Assembly (NCBI GenBank): GCA_019636835.1
Contig: JAHBWU010000005.1
Location: 10,848 to 74,847, forward strand
Length of the DNA stretch: 64,000 nt
Direction: 5' to 3'
Origin: Nitrospira sp.
Lineage (GTDB): Bacteria; Nitrospirota; Nitrospiria; Nitrospirales; Nitrospiraceae
The notes below the pieces were generated by a model that saw only the letters and a list, made by a program, of their open reading frames with translations, was not told the DNA's origin and did no database searches. Positions 8,989 to 20,608 of the stretch are shown piece by piece; position 1 is the stretch's first letter, and every line of letters starts with the position of its first letter. The position numbers and the translations under genes were made by a program.

Positions 8989-11783
8989 AATGGTCCTTGT
9001 CGTCTATACTTTCTTTCGATGGTCCCGTGAATATCCTCGACCAAGCGGAGGCTTTTAAGAAGCGTGGGGATGTGCTCCTGCACGGTGAGGTTGAAGTGAA
9101 TCGGAGGAGTATCCCTGAGATTCGGATTCCGGCCTTCCAACCGAGCATTGAGGTCCAACATGCCGGTTTCGCCGTATTTCACGCCGACGCGCAACAGCGA
9201 GTACTGAAAGTTGTTGAGCGCCTGCGCAACGAGCTGGAGTTGCTGATCCGACTCTGAAAAAGTCTTTGTCGATTCCGGCGTCGATGCATACCGTATGGTA
9301 CCGCCGGGAGGTTGTGCCTCAATCACTCCATCTTTCACGATGATCCCACCCGACGTGATCATAACGGGAAGCGTCCCGTTGAGTGTTCCGGTACCCTGAA
9401 GTCCCTTCTGCTGTTCCACGCTGAGAATTTTTGCGAGATCGAGATTCTGCAGAGAAAAGGTCGTTGTCGCCTGTGGCTTGGCTAAGTCTACTACAGATCC
9501 CGGACTGCTGATCGTTCCCCCAAATGCTTCGCACTGGAAATCTCTGACATCGACTATCGGCAGATCATCCGCCGATTTCCATTTTATCTGATAGGAGGCC
9601 GCAAGATTGGCGACGTCAACACCACTCTGTACTGCCGCAACGAAGATCAAGGCCGGACGGGTCATGACAATTGATTCAAGCCCCTGGGTGTATAACACCA
9701 TCGTAGTGCTCAAACCCTTCACGACATAATCGCCGTAGTAGCCGGACAGTTTCTCGGCCACAACCTTCGCGGTTGCCGATACCCTATTCATCGCAGTGAT
9801 CCGGTCGTGGAAGCTGCTCGCCCAGGATGCATCGACGGTGGCTGTGAACATCCCATCGATCAGATCCGTTGAAGGGGACAGCCCCATGATCATCTTGCTG
9901 AGCCGCCGGTCGTTGCCGTTGAACGTCAGCGGACCGATGACCCCATGCATGACCCCTTGCGCCGTCTGCAGCGGCTGCTCAATGCTGGCGGTCACGAATC
10001 CTTCGTGCGTCGGTGTATCGACTCGAAGATCGGCCTTGATGCCGCCCTGATCAGCTGAGAACTTGACGGCCCAATCACTTGTGGAAGGCCACCAAGATCC
10101 CGGCTCCGGGCTCACCCCGGCGACCGACAATGTCCCTTGTGCAGCCCATGCGGTCTTGGTCGTTTCCGCCTCTTGGATTCTTAAGACACCTTGCCTGACG
10201 CGAATGTTCCGACCGCTTATTCTCATGGTCGGAGCCCGAACCGTCGCGATCATCGGTCCCCCGCTGCAATGGATCGCCGCCAGATCGCATTCCACCGCCA
10301 GCGGCTCGGATAGATTCAGCGTGACGCTCGAAATGAGTGTGGGACCCTGTCCGATCTGTTTCGCCGTCACTGAAGATGGGGGCAACAGCACTCCACGTAG
10401 ATGTGTCCGCGCCAGTTTCACCGTCCCTTGAACTCCTCCCATCGCCTCTTTAGCTGAAAGCCGCTCGGTAATGGCCTTCGGGAGAAGTCCCTCAAGCTGA
10501 TAGGCCCCTTCGGCCGACACCAGCTCATTTCCAAGGCCCTCGGCGCGGGTGGTTTCGAACTGCGCGACCAACGGTCCCGGCGTCCGACCGTACGTCACAT
10601 GCAATGGCCCTTGGGCCACCGTGCGTATGGGCGTTTCCTTCCAATAGAGAGTCCCCTGCACGGGCTTCCTGTTCTCAATCCGCACCGGTTGATCCCCATA
10701 AGGAAGTATCAATCGGACGGCTTCGGGAATAATGCGCGGTTGAGTATTGATCGTCGCGGTCAGCAAAACACCGGGACTCATGGCCCATTCCGCCTGCGTG
10801 GCATTTCCTCCGAATCTCCCCTCATAAGCGACCGCTATATCCTTTGCCACACCTTTCAGAGCCGGCAGCGTGACATTGACCCGCATATTGCCGTCCAGAT
10901 GTGTGCGTTCGTCTTCCCACAAAGAGCTGATCGAAGCCTCTGCAGCGGCAATCCCGGCCCAATCTATCGCCACCTCTCCCGTGACTCTCTCCAGTTCCGG
11001 ACCGATCGGGACCAGGAGTGCGATGAATGGAGCCAGTTCCTGCACGTTGATCCGGAGGCGCCCCTTGACCTGAATCTGTGAGCCGTTTGGATCCGCTTGC
11101 GACTGCCAGGAAACAATCGGCGCAGCTTGCGGGCGCTGCGCCGCCAAGGTCACCGACCAAGTACTGGCGGAATGCCCTACTACGACCAGGCCATAGGACG
11201 CGGTATCACGTCCGCGAAACGCGAGGTGACCATCGAGCTCTCTGCCGCTGTACGTCAGACTCCCATCGATCGTCACTCTGCGAAGCGGCCCTGTCGCCTG
11301 CTCACGGAAAATAGTGAGATGATCCAGTTGCAACTCATCGAACGGCAGAATCGGGAGACTACGTAAGAGATCTCCCGCCGTCAACAATCGCCAGGGTGAT
11401 TGCGCATCATCAAGCCGATCCGTATCTTCTTCATCTTGCGCGGTCGGCTCTGTAGATTGCTCGGTCAGCACATGGATTGACGCGTCTCGTAATACGATGC
11501 GACTGACACGTCCTTGCAGCAGTTGAGACAGGTCATAGCGTATCTCCGCGTCTGTCAACGAGACCATCAATTGTTCTTCGCCCAAATCCTGCTGAAACGA
11601 GACCACCGGAATGCGCATGTGCGTCCAGCCCGGATAGCCGAGTTGAAGGATGACGTTGCTGTACCCATGCTCACGAAGTCTATTCGCCAACAGATAGGAC
11701 ACACCAAGAGGCAACAGCAAATAGCAGCTAACAAGCGCCACCAGCCCAAGCAGAACGGTGATCTGGTATCGTTGAGCCAACAT
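8985..11783 (-). CDS. ydbH: YdbH-family (AsmA-like) intermembrane lipid bridge protein
   Basis: N-terminal TM anchor, long beta-rich body and C-terminal GTGTLNGTLP...ALNNFQY...LEGRNP...PIHFNL; synteny with ynbE/ydbL. Start set at ATG 11783. Confidence 0.85.
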   Translation of the reverse strand: MLAQRYQITVLLGLVALVSCYLLLPLGVSYLLANRLREHGYSNVILQLGYPGWTHMRIPVVSFQQDLGEEQLMVSLTDAEIRYDLSQLLQGRVSRIVLRDASIHVLTEQSTEPTAQDEEDTDRLDDAQSPWRLLTAGDLLRSLPILPFDELQLDHLTIFREQATGPLRRVTIDGSLTYSGRELDGHLAFRGRDTASYGLVVVGHSASTWSVTLAAQRPQAAPIVSWQSQADPNGSQIQVKGRLRINVQELAPFIALLVPIGPELERVTGEVAIDWAGIAAAEASISSLWEDERTHLDGNMRVNVTLPALKGVAKDIAVAYEGRFGGNATQAEWAMSPGVLLTATINTQPRIIPEAVRLILPYGDQPVRIENRKPVQGTLYWKETPIRTVAQGPLHVTYGRTPGPLVAQFETTRAEGLGNELVSAEGAYQLEGLLPKAITERLSAKEAMGGVQGTVKLARTHLRGVLLPPSSVTAKQIGQGPTLISSVTLNLSEPLAVECDLAAIHCSGGPMIATVRAPTMRISGRNIRVRQGVLRIQEAETTKTAWAAQGTLSVAGVSPEPGSWWPSTSDWAVKFSADQGGIKADLRVDTPTHEGFVTASIEQPLQTAQGVMHGVIGPLTFNGNDRRLSKMIMGLSPSTDLIDGMFTATVDASWASSFHDRITAMNRVSATAKVVAEKLSGYYGDYVVKGLSTTMVLYTQGLESIVMTRPALIFVAAVQSGVDVANLAASYQIKWKSADDLPIVDVRDFQCEAFGGTISSPGSVVDLAKPQATTTFSLQNLDLAKILSVEQQKGLQGTGTLNGTLPVMITSGGIIVKDGVIEAQPPGGTIRYASTPESTKTFSESDQQLQLVAQALNNFQYSLLRVGVKYGETGMLDLNARLEGRNPNLRDTPPIHFNLTVQEHIPTLLKSLRLVEDIHGTIERKYRRQGPL

Positions 11784-11998
11784 GATTTCCCTGATTTGCT
11801 TCGATAACTTGGCCTTGGTTGTCAAACAAACTCTTAAGTCCTGTCAAGATGTCCGAACGGCTCTGCCATAGGACAGGGTCCGTTCGGTCTCTGTTTTCTT
11901 TGCGTCTTTGGTGAAACAATAGAAGACTGGCAAGCGCAACCGCGCCATCTGCCAAGTGATGGAGCGTTCGTGACGGAGGAGAGCGGACGGTGCAGAGT

Positions 11999-12211
11999 TT
12001 ATCCCGATGTCGGAGAAGGATCGGCAGGTTCCTCACACTTCTTACAATTCAAACGAGTACCCAAATGCTGCTCCCGTCCAGCGGCGGTGAGCACCCAAGG
12101 GCGATTCGTGAATGGAGGCTGATGCCGCACGTGTTGTCCATGGCCACAGGCCAGATCGGCAACCCAATCGCCATACTCATCTTGGTGATATCCGATGATC
12201 GGCTGTTGCAT
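11999..12211 (-). CDS. DUF3565 domain small cysteine/histidine protein
   Basis: IIGYHQDEYGDWVADLACGHGQHVRHQPP...RPWV...CKKC. Confidence 0.85.
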   Translation of the reverse strand: MQQPIIGYHQDEYGDWVADLACGHGQHVRHQPPFTNRPWVLTAAGREQHLGTRLNCKKCEEPADPSPTSG

Positions 12212-12313
12212 GTCGTGATGGTTCTTGTGTTGCAGGAAGGCGTTGAGATCGCCACACCCTGATCAGATCACTGGCATGGTTTCTTCAGCAATTTGTTTGG
12301 TTTTTCCCGAACA

Positions 12314-12769
12314 TCAACGTTTCTCGAACGGCAGCTCCGCCCGTTGAACGGCAGAAAAATACTTCCATCGTTTTTCCTCATCTTGATCGAAGCTTCCTAT
12401 AAAGATCACGTCGCGATCAAGATGGCGAAACTCTCTCAGGCTTGTCTGGCAGTCCTGCGGATCGATGACACGCGCATCGTACTGCCCGACTACATACACG
12501 CGTCCCTTCAACGCCAGATACACGTTACGTCGACCGGCATAGCCCGTATCCGGAAACAATTCGGTTGAAGAAGAACAGCCGTTCGCCCCCTCGACGTTCA
12601 GAGTGAGATTAAATCGTTGAAGGAATGGATCCGTCGCCATTCTCACAATCGTCAGGCGAAGTCGTGTAGATCCTATTTCGACCGCAGCCGGTTCGGGAGT
12701 ATTCCTGTTGCACCCTACGCAGAGAAGAACGACACCTCCAAAGACGGCGGCCCATAGCGGCACTTTCAC
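12314..12769 (-). CDS. Hypothetical lipoprotein
   Basis: Signal peptide with CVGC lipobox; GTGA overlap with the upstream gene. Confidence 0.7.
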   Translation of the reverse strand: MKVPLWAAVFGGVVLLCVGCNRNTPEPAAVEIGSTRLRLTIVRMATDPFLQRFNLTLNVEGANGCSSSTELFPDTGYAGRRNVYLALKGRVYVVGQYDARVIDPQDCQTSLREFRHLDRDVIFIGSFDQDEEKRWKYFSAVQRAELPFEKR

Positions 12770-13311
12770 TTCGGTGGAGGAACTTTTGAAGCTGCGCCGA
12801 TCGCGTCGAGCCCCTCTTGGGCGCAGGCATCATCCAGATGGGCGCCCGGTGCTCCACCGACACCGATTCCCCCAACGACTTCTCCTCCGATTTCGATAGG
12901 CAGCCCTCCACCTAAAATAAGAATGTCGCCATTCATGTCCCGAAGGGCCTGCAGGGTGGGGACCTTGGTGATGAGGTCGGCTAGTTCACTGGTAGGACGT
13001 CGCAGGCTTACGGCCGTATAGGCTTTTTTCCGGCTACTATCGACCGTATGCGGCCCGGCGCCATCGGCACGTCCCATTGCGCGAAGGACGCCGGCGCGAT
13101 CCACTACGGAAACGCTCACTCGATATCCATCTTTTTTGCAGGCCTCTAATGCTGCGTGAACCGCCTTGTCAGCTGCTCCAAGCGACAGTACGGACTCCTT
13201 GGGCATCTCATCGGCAAAGATAACGCAAGGTGCCGCTAGGCCTAATAGGGACAACATCATCATGTAGGTAATGACCGGTCGGCCATTGCGGTTCGGTATG
13301 AAGAGTGCCAT
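12766..13311 (-). CDS. Secreted heme-binding protein, GlcG/HbpS family
   Basis: VSVVDRAG, SRKKAYTA and GGLPI...GGIGVGGAPG..D motifs; GGAGGA RBS before ATG 13311. Confidence 0.88.
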   Translation of the reverse strand: MALFIPNRNGRPVITYMMMLSLLGLAAPCVIFADEMPKESVLSLGAADKAVHAALEACKKDGYRVSVSVVDRAGVLRAMGRADGAGPHTVDSSRKKAYTAVSLRRPTSELADLITKVPTLQALRDMNGDILILGGGLPIEIGGEVVGGIGVGGAPGAHLDDACAQEGLDAIGAASKVPPPK

Positions 13312-13428
13312 AGCGCTTAGTCCTCCAAACATATCCAGCACGTTCAGACTACGGGTGCGCCCGAACTCTGTCAAGGGAGCATGAAGCCGACGACTCAGGT
13401 TCAGGTATGGCTGCGATGTGGCAAGGGC

Positions 13429-15450
13429 TTACTTGCTGCGAGTTGCGCGGACTACTCCCGTCGAAATCGATATCCCAAGGTCTTCAGCCAATGCACGGAG
13501 AGGCTCCGCAACTGACCAGGCTTGAGCTGGACAGCCTCGGGGATGATGTGGAGGATCCCCATCGAAAATTTCCGACACCTGCCCAAGGCAGGCCTGCTGT
13601 AAATGGGCATCTATTCCGTTGAGAAACGACCGGGCCTCAGTTCTTGTTTTGTCCGTATGTCCAAATATTTTCAACCATGCTGTGACAAAGGGGCCCAGGA
13701 GAAACGGCCAGACAGTTCCTTGATGATATGCACTGTCTCGTTCCATGGGACAGCCTTCGTACCGAGGGCGATATCGAACGTCCGTCGGCGACAACGTTCT
13801 CAGTCCCACCGGCGTGAGGAGATGCTCCTTGACGATGTGGAGAACCTGTGTCGCTTCTTCCTTCGTCAGCAGATCATCACAGAGGGCGATCGCAAAAATT
13901 TGATTCGGCCGAAGTGACGTGTCGCCTCCCTCCGGCCCATCGATCGTATCGTACAAATACCGTCCGTCTTTGTACCAAAATTTTTCACGGAAGGATTCTA
14001 CCCCTCGCACTCTATCTTTCCGACAGTCCTCAGCATAATCCCGTTCACTAAACTGGGCAGCAAGTCGTGCACCGATCTCCAGGGCCCTAAGCCACAAAGC
14101 CTGTATCTCTACCGGCTTTCCGTACCGTGGGGTAACGACCCAATCACCGATTTTCACATCCATCCAAGTCAATTGTGTACCGGGCGTTCCGCCAATGATG
14201 AGACCATCGACGTCCATATGGATGTTGTATCGCGTGCCTTGGCGATAGCCGTCGAGAATCTGCTTAATCGTCGGCCACGCGATCAATCGGACACGTGTTG
14301 CATCTTCGCTATACGTAAGGTACCGGTCGACGGCATGGACGAACCACAGTGAGGCATCGATAGAGTTGTATTCCGGGTCTTCGCCCTGATCCGGAAAGCG
14401 ATTGGGCACCATACCTTCCGAAACAGAACAGGAAAAAGTCTGGATGATTTGCCAAGCCATCTCATGCCGTCCGGTAACGAGGCAGAGCCCGGGAAGTGAG
14501 ATAAAGGTATCTCGTCCCCAATCCGTAAACCATGGATACCCCGCTATCACCGTGTGTTGAGTGCCTCGCTGAACCAAGAATGAATCCGCCGCCTGCCACA
14601 ATGCGTCGGACAATCGATCGACATCCGGCGCAGCCTTTTGCAGCCGTATCCGCCGGGCACGTTCCTTGTGGACGAGATCCGCGCTATCAAGTCTGTCAAC
14701 CGTTTCACTAGTGAACGCCAACGTTTGTTCCTCACCAGGCTGCAATGTGTATACAAATTCTCCCGGTGACCACCAGTCTTCTCCAAAATCGAGTCCACGT
14801 TCCTGTTCCAGGGTGAACTGGACATGCCGAAACCAGTCGGGGGCATGACGATAGCTTCCGGAGTGAAAGGCGCGCATGACCGGCAAACCTTCATAGGGCT
14901 GCCAGATCACCAACCTTTTATTGATCGTGGCTTGCGTGAAAATCCGTTCGTTCTCGTGGTGCAGGGCATGGTAGTCGCGGCCGGTCAGCATCGGCCGCAC
15001 CGTGAGAGTCACATCGTTGTTCTTTGGATCGATTAACTTCCATCGAACAAAAACGATGTCGCGTCCCCAAATACGTAAGATTTCACGCTGAATTTTCTTG
15101 CGTTTATACGAATAGATCCATGTTGGCCAGGGGGTTGATACGAACGACGTGCAGTGGAGATATCCCTGCGGATGAACTGTGTCCGGATAGAGATTCGTCG
15201 AAAGTGGAACTTGCTCGCCGTCGACAGAGAGCCATTCTTCAATATGATTGACCAGCACGTACCGATTGGTCCTCGGCTGTTGCACTGTCAACAACAAGGC
15301 ATGGTACCGGCGTGTATTGGCACCTGACACCGTTCCCGATGCAAACCCTCCGCGACCGTTCGTCTCCAGCCATTCGAGGCTCAGTGCACGACCGAGATTT
15401 TGACAATCTTTCTTTCCAATCTTCATCTTCGTCCACATCTCGGGTGGCAC
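13429..15450 (-). CDS. Glycogen debranching enzyme (amylo-alpha-1,6-glucosidase)
   Basis: EWLETNGRGGFA, IAGYPWFTDWGRDTFI, LTWMD, YHQGTVW and CPAQAWS motifs. Start uncertain (15450 or 15426). Confidence 0.92.
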   Translation of the reverse strand: MPPEMWTKMKIGKKDCQNLGRALSLEWLETNGRGGFASGTVSGANTRRYHALLLTVQQPRTNRYVLVNHIEEWLSVDGEQVPLSTNLYPDTVHPQGYLHCTSFVSTPWPTWIYSYKRKKIQREILRIWGRDIVFVRWKLIDPKNNDVTLTVRPMLTGRDYHALHHENERIFTQATINKRLVIWQPYEGLPVMRAFHSGSYRHAPDWFRHVQFTLEQERGLDFGEDWWSPGEFVYTLQPGEEQTLAFTSETVDRLDSADLVHKERARRIRLQKAAPDVDRLSDALWQAADSFLVQRGTQHTVIAGYPWFTDWGRDTFISLPGLCLVTGRHEMAWQIIQTFSCSVSEGMVPNRFPDQGEDPEYNSIDASLWFVHAVDRYLTYSEDATRVRLIAWPTIKQILDGYRQGTRYNIHMDVDGLIIGGTPGTQLTWMDVKIGDWVVTPRYGKPVEIQALWLRALEIGARLAAQFSERDYAEDCRKDRVRGVESFREKFWYKDGRYLYDTIDGPEGGDTSLRPNQIFAIALCDDLLTKEEATQVLHIVKEHLLTPVGLRTLSPTDVRYRPRYEGCPMERDSAYHQGTVWPFLLGPFVTAWLKIFGHTDKTRTEARSFLNGIDAHLQQACLGQVSEIFDGDPPHHPRGCPAQAWSVAEPLRALAEDLGISISTGVVRATRSK

Positions 15451-15574
15451 GGATTGAGCGGTTTCTCACCGCGCGCATGCAACGAGCACCGCCCGATATT
15501 CCGGTTCTTGAGTAGACCTTGCGTGCGCGTTGCGCGAGCGAAGAAATTGCTCGGTCCGTGCCGCCCTCACACCC

Positions 15575-18256
15575 CTACTCCCCCGACTGCTGAATCAACT
15601 TGGCGACAAGACCTGTCCACCCTGTCTGATGGCTGGCTCCGATACCGGCACCGTTGTCACCATGAAAATACTCGTAGAAAGGAATAGCGTCTCTCCAGAA
15701 AGGATCCTCCTGGAATTTGCCCGTACCTCCGAAGACCGGACGCTTGCCGGTTTTATTGCGAAGGAAAATATGAGTCAGCCGGCGCGACAGTTCAGAAGCC
15801 ACCTCATGTAAGGAAACGAATTGGCCGGAACTCACCGGATACTCGACCTTGTACTCATTACCAAGAAAGTAATGAAACTTCTGGAGCGACTCGATTAGGA
15901 GATAGTTGACCGGAAACCAGATGGGACCTCGCCAATTTGAATTCCCTCCGAACAGCCCCGTGCTTGATTCGGCAGGTTCATAGTCGACACGATAGTCCCT
16001 GCCCATGATGGAAAGCACATAGGGATGGTCCTTGTGGTAGCGTGAGAGCGCGCGAATGCCGTAGGGGGAGAGAAATTCTTCCTCGTCGAGCATATACCGT
16101 AACACCGACTTGAGTCGCGTCGGATTGACCAGGGACAGAAACCTCCGCACTCCTCCATCCTGTGAATGAGTCTCCACATGGGCGCTGAAATCAGGCCGAT
16201 TTTCGATGAACCACTGCATGCGGTGCTTAAACCGGGGAAGGCTATCGACCAACTCGGAGTCCAACGTTTCAACGGCGAAAAGCGGGATCAGTCCGACGAG
16301 GGATCGAACCTTGAGCGGAACGGTTCGTCCGTCAGGAAGATGCAATACGTCATAGAAAAATCCGTCTTCCCTGTTCCAGAGCTCGATTTTTTCTCCGCCG
16401 ATGTTGTTCATGGCTCGGCAGATGTAGACGAAGTGCTCAAAAAACTTGCTCGCCACATCCTCGTATGCCCGATTGTCACGCGCCAATTCGAGTGCGATCG
16501 AGAGCATATTGAGGCAATACATCCCCATCCAGCTTGTCGCATCCGACTGTTCGATATGACCGCCGGTCGGCAGCGGGGCGCTCCGATCAAAGACGCCGAT
16601 GTTGTCGAGCCCTAAAAAACCACCTTGAAAGATGTTCTTCCCTTCGGCATCCTTTCGATTGACCCACCAGGTAAAATTCAATAACAGCTTATGGAACACT
16701 CGTTCGAGGAAAACTCGATCACCGGCTCCTTTTCGTTTTCTCTCGATCTTATAGACCCGCCAGGCTGCCCAAGCATGAACCGGCGGATTGACGTCGCCGA
16801 ACGCCCACTCATACGCCGGAATCTGACCGTTCGGATGCATGTACCATTCCCTAAGCATCAGGATGAGCTGTTCCTTGGCAAACGTCGAGTCAACAAGTGC
16901 CAGCGGAATGCAATGGAATGCCAGGTCCCAAGCCGCATACCAGGGATACTCCCATTTGTCCGGCATCGAAATCACGTCGGCATTGTAAAGATGTGTCCAG
17001 TCTGAGTTCCGTCCGTGGAGACGTTCATGGGGAGGGTCCGGCATCCCTGGATCGCCGACGAGCCAGCGTTTCAGGTCATAATGGTAGAACTGTTTGCTCC
17101 ACAGTAATCCAGCGAACGCCTGCCGTTGTACCAGTTTTGCATCATCGGAAAGATCAGCCGGAGCCAGTTCGTCGTAGAATTCATCCGCCTCATAAATACG
17201 TCGCTCGAAGAGCTCATTGAACGATTGAGCTTCAAACCCCGCCGGCTCCGTACTATTGGTCAGACGGAGACGAATGACCTCCGATGCTCCTGGGGAAAGT
17301 GAAAGCCGGTACTGAGCGGCAGCCTTTGAACCGATCTTCTCCGGATTGACCGCATCTACCCGATTATGGACTATGTAGTCATGAAAACTATCCTTCACAT
17401 ACTTAGCGCCGTCTTGGTCATTGTATAATCGGCGCGTATTCGTTTCATTTTCAGTAAAGAGCAACGGCGGTTTCCCTGCACACCATAAGCGCCGTTCACC
17501 ATAATACTCGTGATCCAATTCAATCACGCTCATCTCATCGACAGGTTTTCCTTCACGCATTCTCGGTCGACGGGCATCGATCCCCCACGACCACGTATTC
17601 CGGAACCAGAGAGTCGGTAACAGCGTCAACTCGGCATGATCTGGTCCTCGGTTCGTCACTTGTATGCGGATGAGAACCTCTTCCGGCGTCGCCTTCGCAT
17701 ATTCCACCACAACGTCGAAGTAGCGGTTCTCATGAAACGCTCCGGTATCGATCAACTCGTATTCCGACTCTCCACGTGGGCGACGGCGATTTTCCTCTAC
17801 AAGTTTCGCGTAGGGAAACTCTGCCTGTGGATACTTATAGAGATACTTCATATATGAATGAGTCGGCGTTGAATCCAAATAGAAATAATATTCTTTTACA
17901 TCTTCTCCGTGGTTCCCTTCGTTTCCGGTCAAACCGAATATACGCTCCTTCAGAATGGGATCGCGTCCATTCCAAAGTGCCAGAGCAAAACAGATACATT
18001 GATGACGATCCGAAATTCCGGCTAGGCCATCTTCATTCCAACGGTAGGCGCGCGAGCGGGCATGGTCATGAGGAAAGGCTTCCCAGGCCGTTCCATGGAG
18101 GCTATAGTCCTCACGCACCGTTCCCCAGGCACGTTCGCTCAAGTACGGCCCCCATCGCTTCCAGTGCTGCTTACGAATCGCATCGTCGTCAAGCCGTTGC
18201 CGCTCAGCGTTCCGAGGCGCTTGAGCGCGAGATGATGTCCGACCTGTTTTCCCCAC
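15575..18256 (-). CDS. Glycoside hydrolase family 63-like glucosidase
   Basis: [36 protein letters not shown] and [10 protein letters not shown] motifs; AGGAGG RBS before GTG 18256. Confidence 0.92.
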   Translation of the reverse strand: MGKTGRTSSRAQAPRNAERQRLDDDAIRKQHWKRWGPYLSERAWGTVREDYSLHGTAWEAFPHDHARSRAYRWNEDGLAGISDRHQCICFALALWNGRDPILKERIFGLTGNEGNHGEDVKEYYFYLDSTPTHSYMKYLYKYPQAEFPYAKLVEENRRRPRGESEYELIDTGAFHENRYFDVVVEYAKATPEEVLIRIQVTNRGPDHAELTLLPTLWFRNTWSWGIDARRPRMREGKPVDEMSVIELDHEYYGERRLWCAGKPPLLFTENETNTRRLYNDQDGAKYVKDSFHDYIVHNRVDAVNPEKIGSKAAAQYRLSLSPGASEVIRLRLTNSTEPAGFEAQSFNELFERRIYEADEFYDELAPADLSDDAKLVQRQAFAGLLWSKQFYHYDLKRWLVGDPGMPDPPHERLHGRNSDWTHLYNADVISMPDKWEYPWYAAWDLAFHCIPLALVDSTFAKEQLILMLREWYMHPNGQIPAYEWAFGDVNPPVHAWAAWRVYKIERKRKGAGDRVFLERVFHKLLLNFTWWVNRKDAEGKNIFQGGFLGLDNIGVFDRSAPLPTGGHIEQSDATSWMGMYCLNMLSIALELARDNRAYEDVASKFFEHFVYICRAMNNIGGEKIELWNREDGFFYDVLHLPDGRTVPLKVRSLVGLIPLFAVETLDSELVDSLPRFKHRMQWFIENRPDFSAHVETHSQDGGVRRFLSLVNPTRLKSVLRYMLDEEEFLSPYGIRALSRYHKDHPYVLSIMGRDYRVDYEPAESSTGLFGGNSNWRGPIWFPVNYLLIESLQKFHYFLGNEYKVEYPVSSGQFVSLHEVASELSRRLTHIFLRNKTGKRPVFGGTGKFQEDPFWRDAIPFYEYFHGDNGAGIGASHQTGWTGLVAKLIQQSGE

Positions 18257-18504
18257 TGGACCTCCTACCGTGTGCGTGAGTGAGACGCAGTTAGGGGGTA
18301 CGATGCATCTACTGAAGACAAGAATCAAGCTGATGCCGGCTCAACGCCAGAGCCAGACTCCTATCTTTTTTCGGTCTTTCCTATGTTTACTTGAAGAAGA
18401 TATCGGTGTGAGTCGAGATGGTAACGGAATCCCTACACGAATCGTCGATAGAGTGAAGGCTGAATGTTATGGGGGATTGCGCTGAAAAGACCGGAGTCAA
18501 ACAC

Positions 18505-18690
18505 CTAACTCCAGATCACCCGTTCTTGATTCAAGAGATATTCAATGACTTCGATGCTGTTCCGCATCTGGATCTGGGCCTGCTCAGACATAGGCAACAC
18601 AGCTCCTACCAACTTACCGGACTCCATGTCCATAAGCGAGGGAATGCCTTCACCCGATGGCTTTTCTAGGTCACTACGAAAGCTAGCCAA
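18505..18690 (-). CDS. Small hypothetical protein (61 aa)
   Basis: AGGAGG RBS 6 nt before a TTG start; fills an intergenic gap on the same strand as its neighbours. Confidence 0.55.
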   Translation of the reverse strand: MASFRSDLEKPSGEGIPSLMDMESGKLVGAVLPMSEQAQIQMRNSIEVIEYLLNQERVIWS

Positions 18691-18840
18691 GGAAGACCTC
18701 CTGGTTGATTCCTTCTCGGCGCCCTTGTGAGATTACTTTAATTGAGGAATCGGCCGGAAGGAAACGTACTATAGAGAGAGCATACCATACGCATTGCCCA
18801 GGATAGGGGCATCCACTATCTCATTGTTTCAGCTGCACTA

Positions 18841-19881
18841 TTATGGATTTTGTGCGGGAGAGAAAGACGGAGGGAGCGCTCCGAGATAACGAAACGTTCC
18901 GCGATTGAGCAAAGTCGTGTCGGGTTTCAGTCGGAAATCGTCATGCTCCGCATCCACAAAGCGTGGATCGGCGATCATATCGGACTCATCCTGGAGTTCC
19001 GGCGCATGAATGTTCGGAGAACCAGCCCTCATGTAGCTCACCTCATTATTGAACAAGGCGTTGTACGACATCTTGGTCTGACTCGAAGCTGCAATGAGAA
19101 AGCCGACTTTATTGAGGCTCAGAATATTCCCCGATGCTTCAATCGTCGACAAGCCTAGGAATGCCGCTCCACCACCATTCTTGACCAGGGTATTATTGAT
19201 CAAGACCGCTTTTGCCTGGTCACTGATCACGACGGCCTCGAATAAATTTCTGGTGATGATATTGCGCTCAAGCCGAACCGAAGACTTGCCGGTCACATTC
19301 ACACCGTGATCGTTATCATGGATTAAATTTCCGATCAAAAGGACTTGAGAATCAGAAAAGTGTACGCCTGTCGTCTCACTCCCCCCGATCACACAGTCTT
19401 CGATACGAACATCTTCTACTTGTTGACCGAAGATCATTCCTTTCACGTGGACCTGATGCAACGTGATGCGGTTTCCGTTGAAAATACCGAGGGCATGCCC
19501 TCCGTGGTCCTTGATCGTGAGACCGCTGATCTCAATATCCGTCGCCCCATACGGCCATTTACCCACATGCAGCGCACCAACCATCTCACTCCGTCCAAGC
19601 AAGCTGACTTTGTCAACACCCGCGCCGACAATCTTGATCTTCTCTTTGCTGTGAATGGTCAAGTCCTGAGCGTAGGACCCGGCCTTGATCAACACCGTAT
19701 CGCCCTTTCTGGCACTATCGACCGCCTCTTGAATCGAAGAGAAATCCCCCGAGCCATCGAGCGAGACGGTGATCGTTCGTGGACTAGGCACCGTACTTTC
19801 AGCCCAGGCCGAGCTGCTTCCGACGCCTATGAAACCCAAAAGGAGTGCGGTTAGAAGGACATATCGCATACGGAGCTTCAT
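18841..19881 (-). CDS. Secreted right-handed parallel beta-helix (pectin lyase/NosD-like) protein
   Basis: Signal peptide, DGSGDFSSIQEAVD, repeated I..N.I..N units and ADPRFVD...DFRL tail. Confidence 0.85.
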   Translation of the reverse strand: MKLRMRYVLLTALLLGFIGVGSSSAWAESTVPSPRTITVSLDGSGDFSSIQEAVDSARKGDTVLIKAGSYAQDLTIHSKEKIKIVGAGVDKVSLLGRSEMVGALHVGKWPYGATDIEISGLTIKDHGGHALGIFNGNRITLHQVHVKGMIFGQQVEDVRIEDCVIGGSETTGVHFSDSQVLLIGNLIHDNDHGVNVTGKSSVRLERNIITRNLFEAVVISDQAKAVLINNTLVKNGGGAAFLGLSTIEASGNILSLNKVGFLIAASSQTKMSYNALFNNEVSYMRAGSPNIHAPELQDESDMIADPRFVDAEHDDFRLKPDTTLLNRGTFRYLGALPPSFSPAQNP

Positions 19882-19950
19882 ACAAGCGCGGAACCAAGGA
19901 TGTCAATTGCGGTTTCGTACACTGTATGTCACATGATAAGCTCCGTCGCA

Positions 19951-20553
19951 ATGATTCTGATCGGACTCACAGGAGGCGTCGCGAGTGGAAAAAGCACCGT
20001 GGCAAAGATGTTCAAGAAATGCGGTGTCATTGTGATCGATGCCGATGAATTGGCCCGTGAAGTTGTTCAGCCAGGCAAGCCGGCGTGGCGGGAAATTGTC
20101 AGGATATTCGGCCGGCGCATTTTGAAGCTCGATCGCTCTATCGATCGTCATGCTCTGGGTGCGATCGTCTTTCACGACAAAAGGAACCTCCGCCGCCTCG
20201 AACGGATCATCCACCCCCATGTCGCGCGTGAACAGATCAGACTCACGAAACAAGCCGCAAAGAGCGATCCCAAAGCGGTTGTGATCTACGACGTTCCCTT
20301 ACTCTTCGAAGCCGGCATCGACAAACGGGTGGATAAGATCATCGTCGTGACCGCTGATCGAGAAACCCAGATCGCCCGCCTCAGAAAACGGAATGGTCTC
20401 TCACGTTCCGAAGCGCTTTGTCGCGTCAGAAGCCAGATGCCTCTGGCAAAGAAACGCCGTCTGGCGGATTATGTTCTGGATGGCACCAAGAATCGAAACC
20501 AGCTTGCCAGAGAGGTCTCCAAGCTTCTTGAGGACCTCCGGACTCTTAATTGA
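19951..20553 (+). CDS. coaE: Dephospho-CoA kinase
   Basis: IGLTGGVASGKSTV, VIDAD, IIHP, DVPLLFE and SQMP motifs. Confidence 0.95.
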   Translation: MILIGLTGGVASGKSTVAKMFKKCGVIVIDADELAREVVQPGKPAWREIVRIFGRRILKLDRSIDRHALGAIVFHDKRNLRRLERIIHPHVAREQIRLTKQAAKSDPKAVVIYDVPLLFEAGIDKRVDKIIVVTADRETQIARLRKRNGLSRSEALCRVRSQMPLAKKRRLADYVLDGTKNRNQLAREVSKLLEDLRTLN

Positions 20554-20608
20554 TCGGCGTTCTCATGCGTCAATAGGCTTTTTCTCCTTTTCTACGCTAT
20601 GATGAGTT

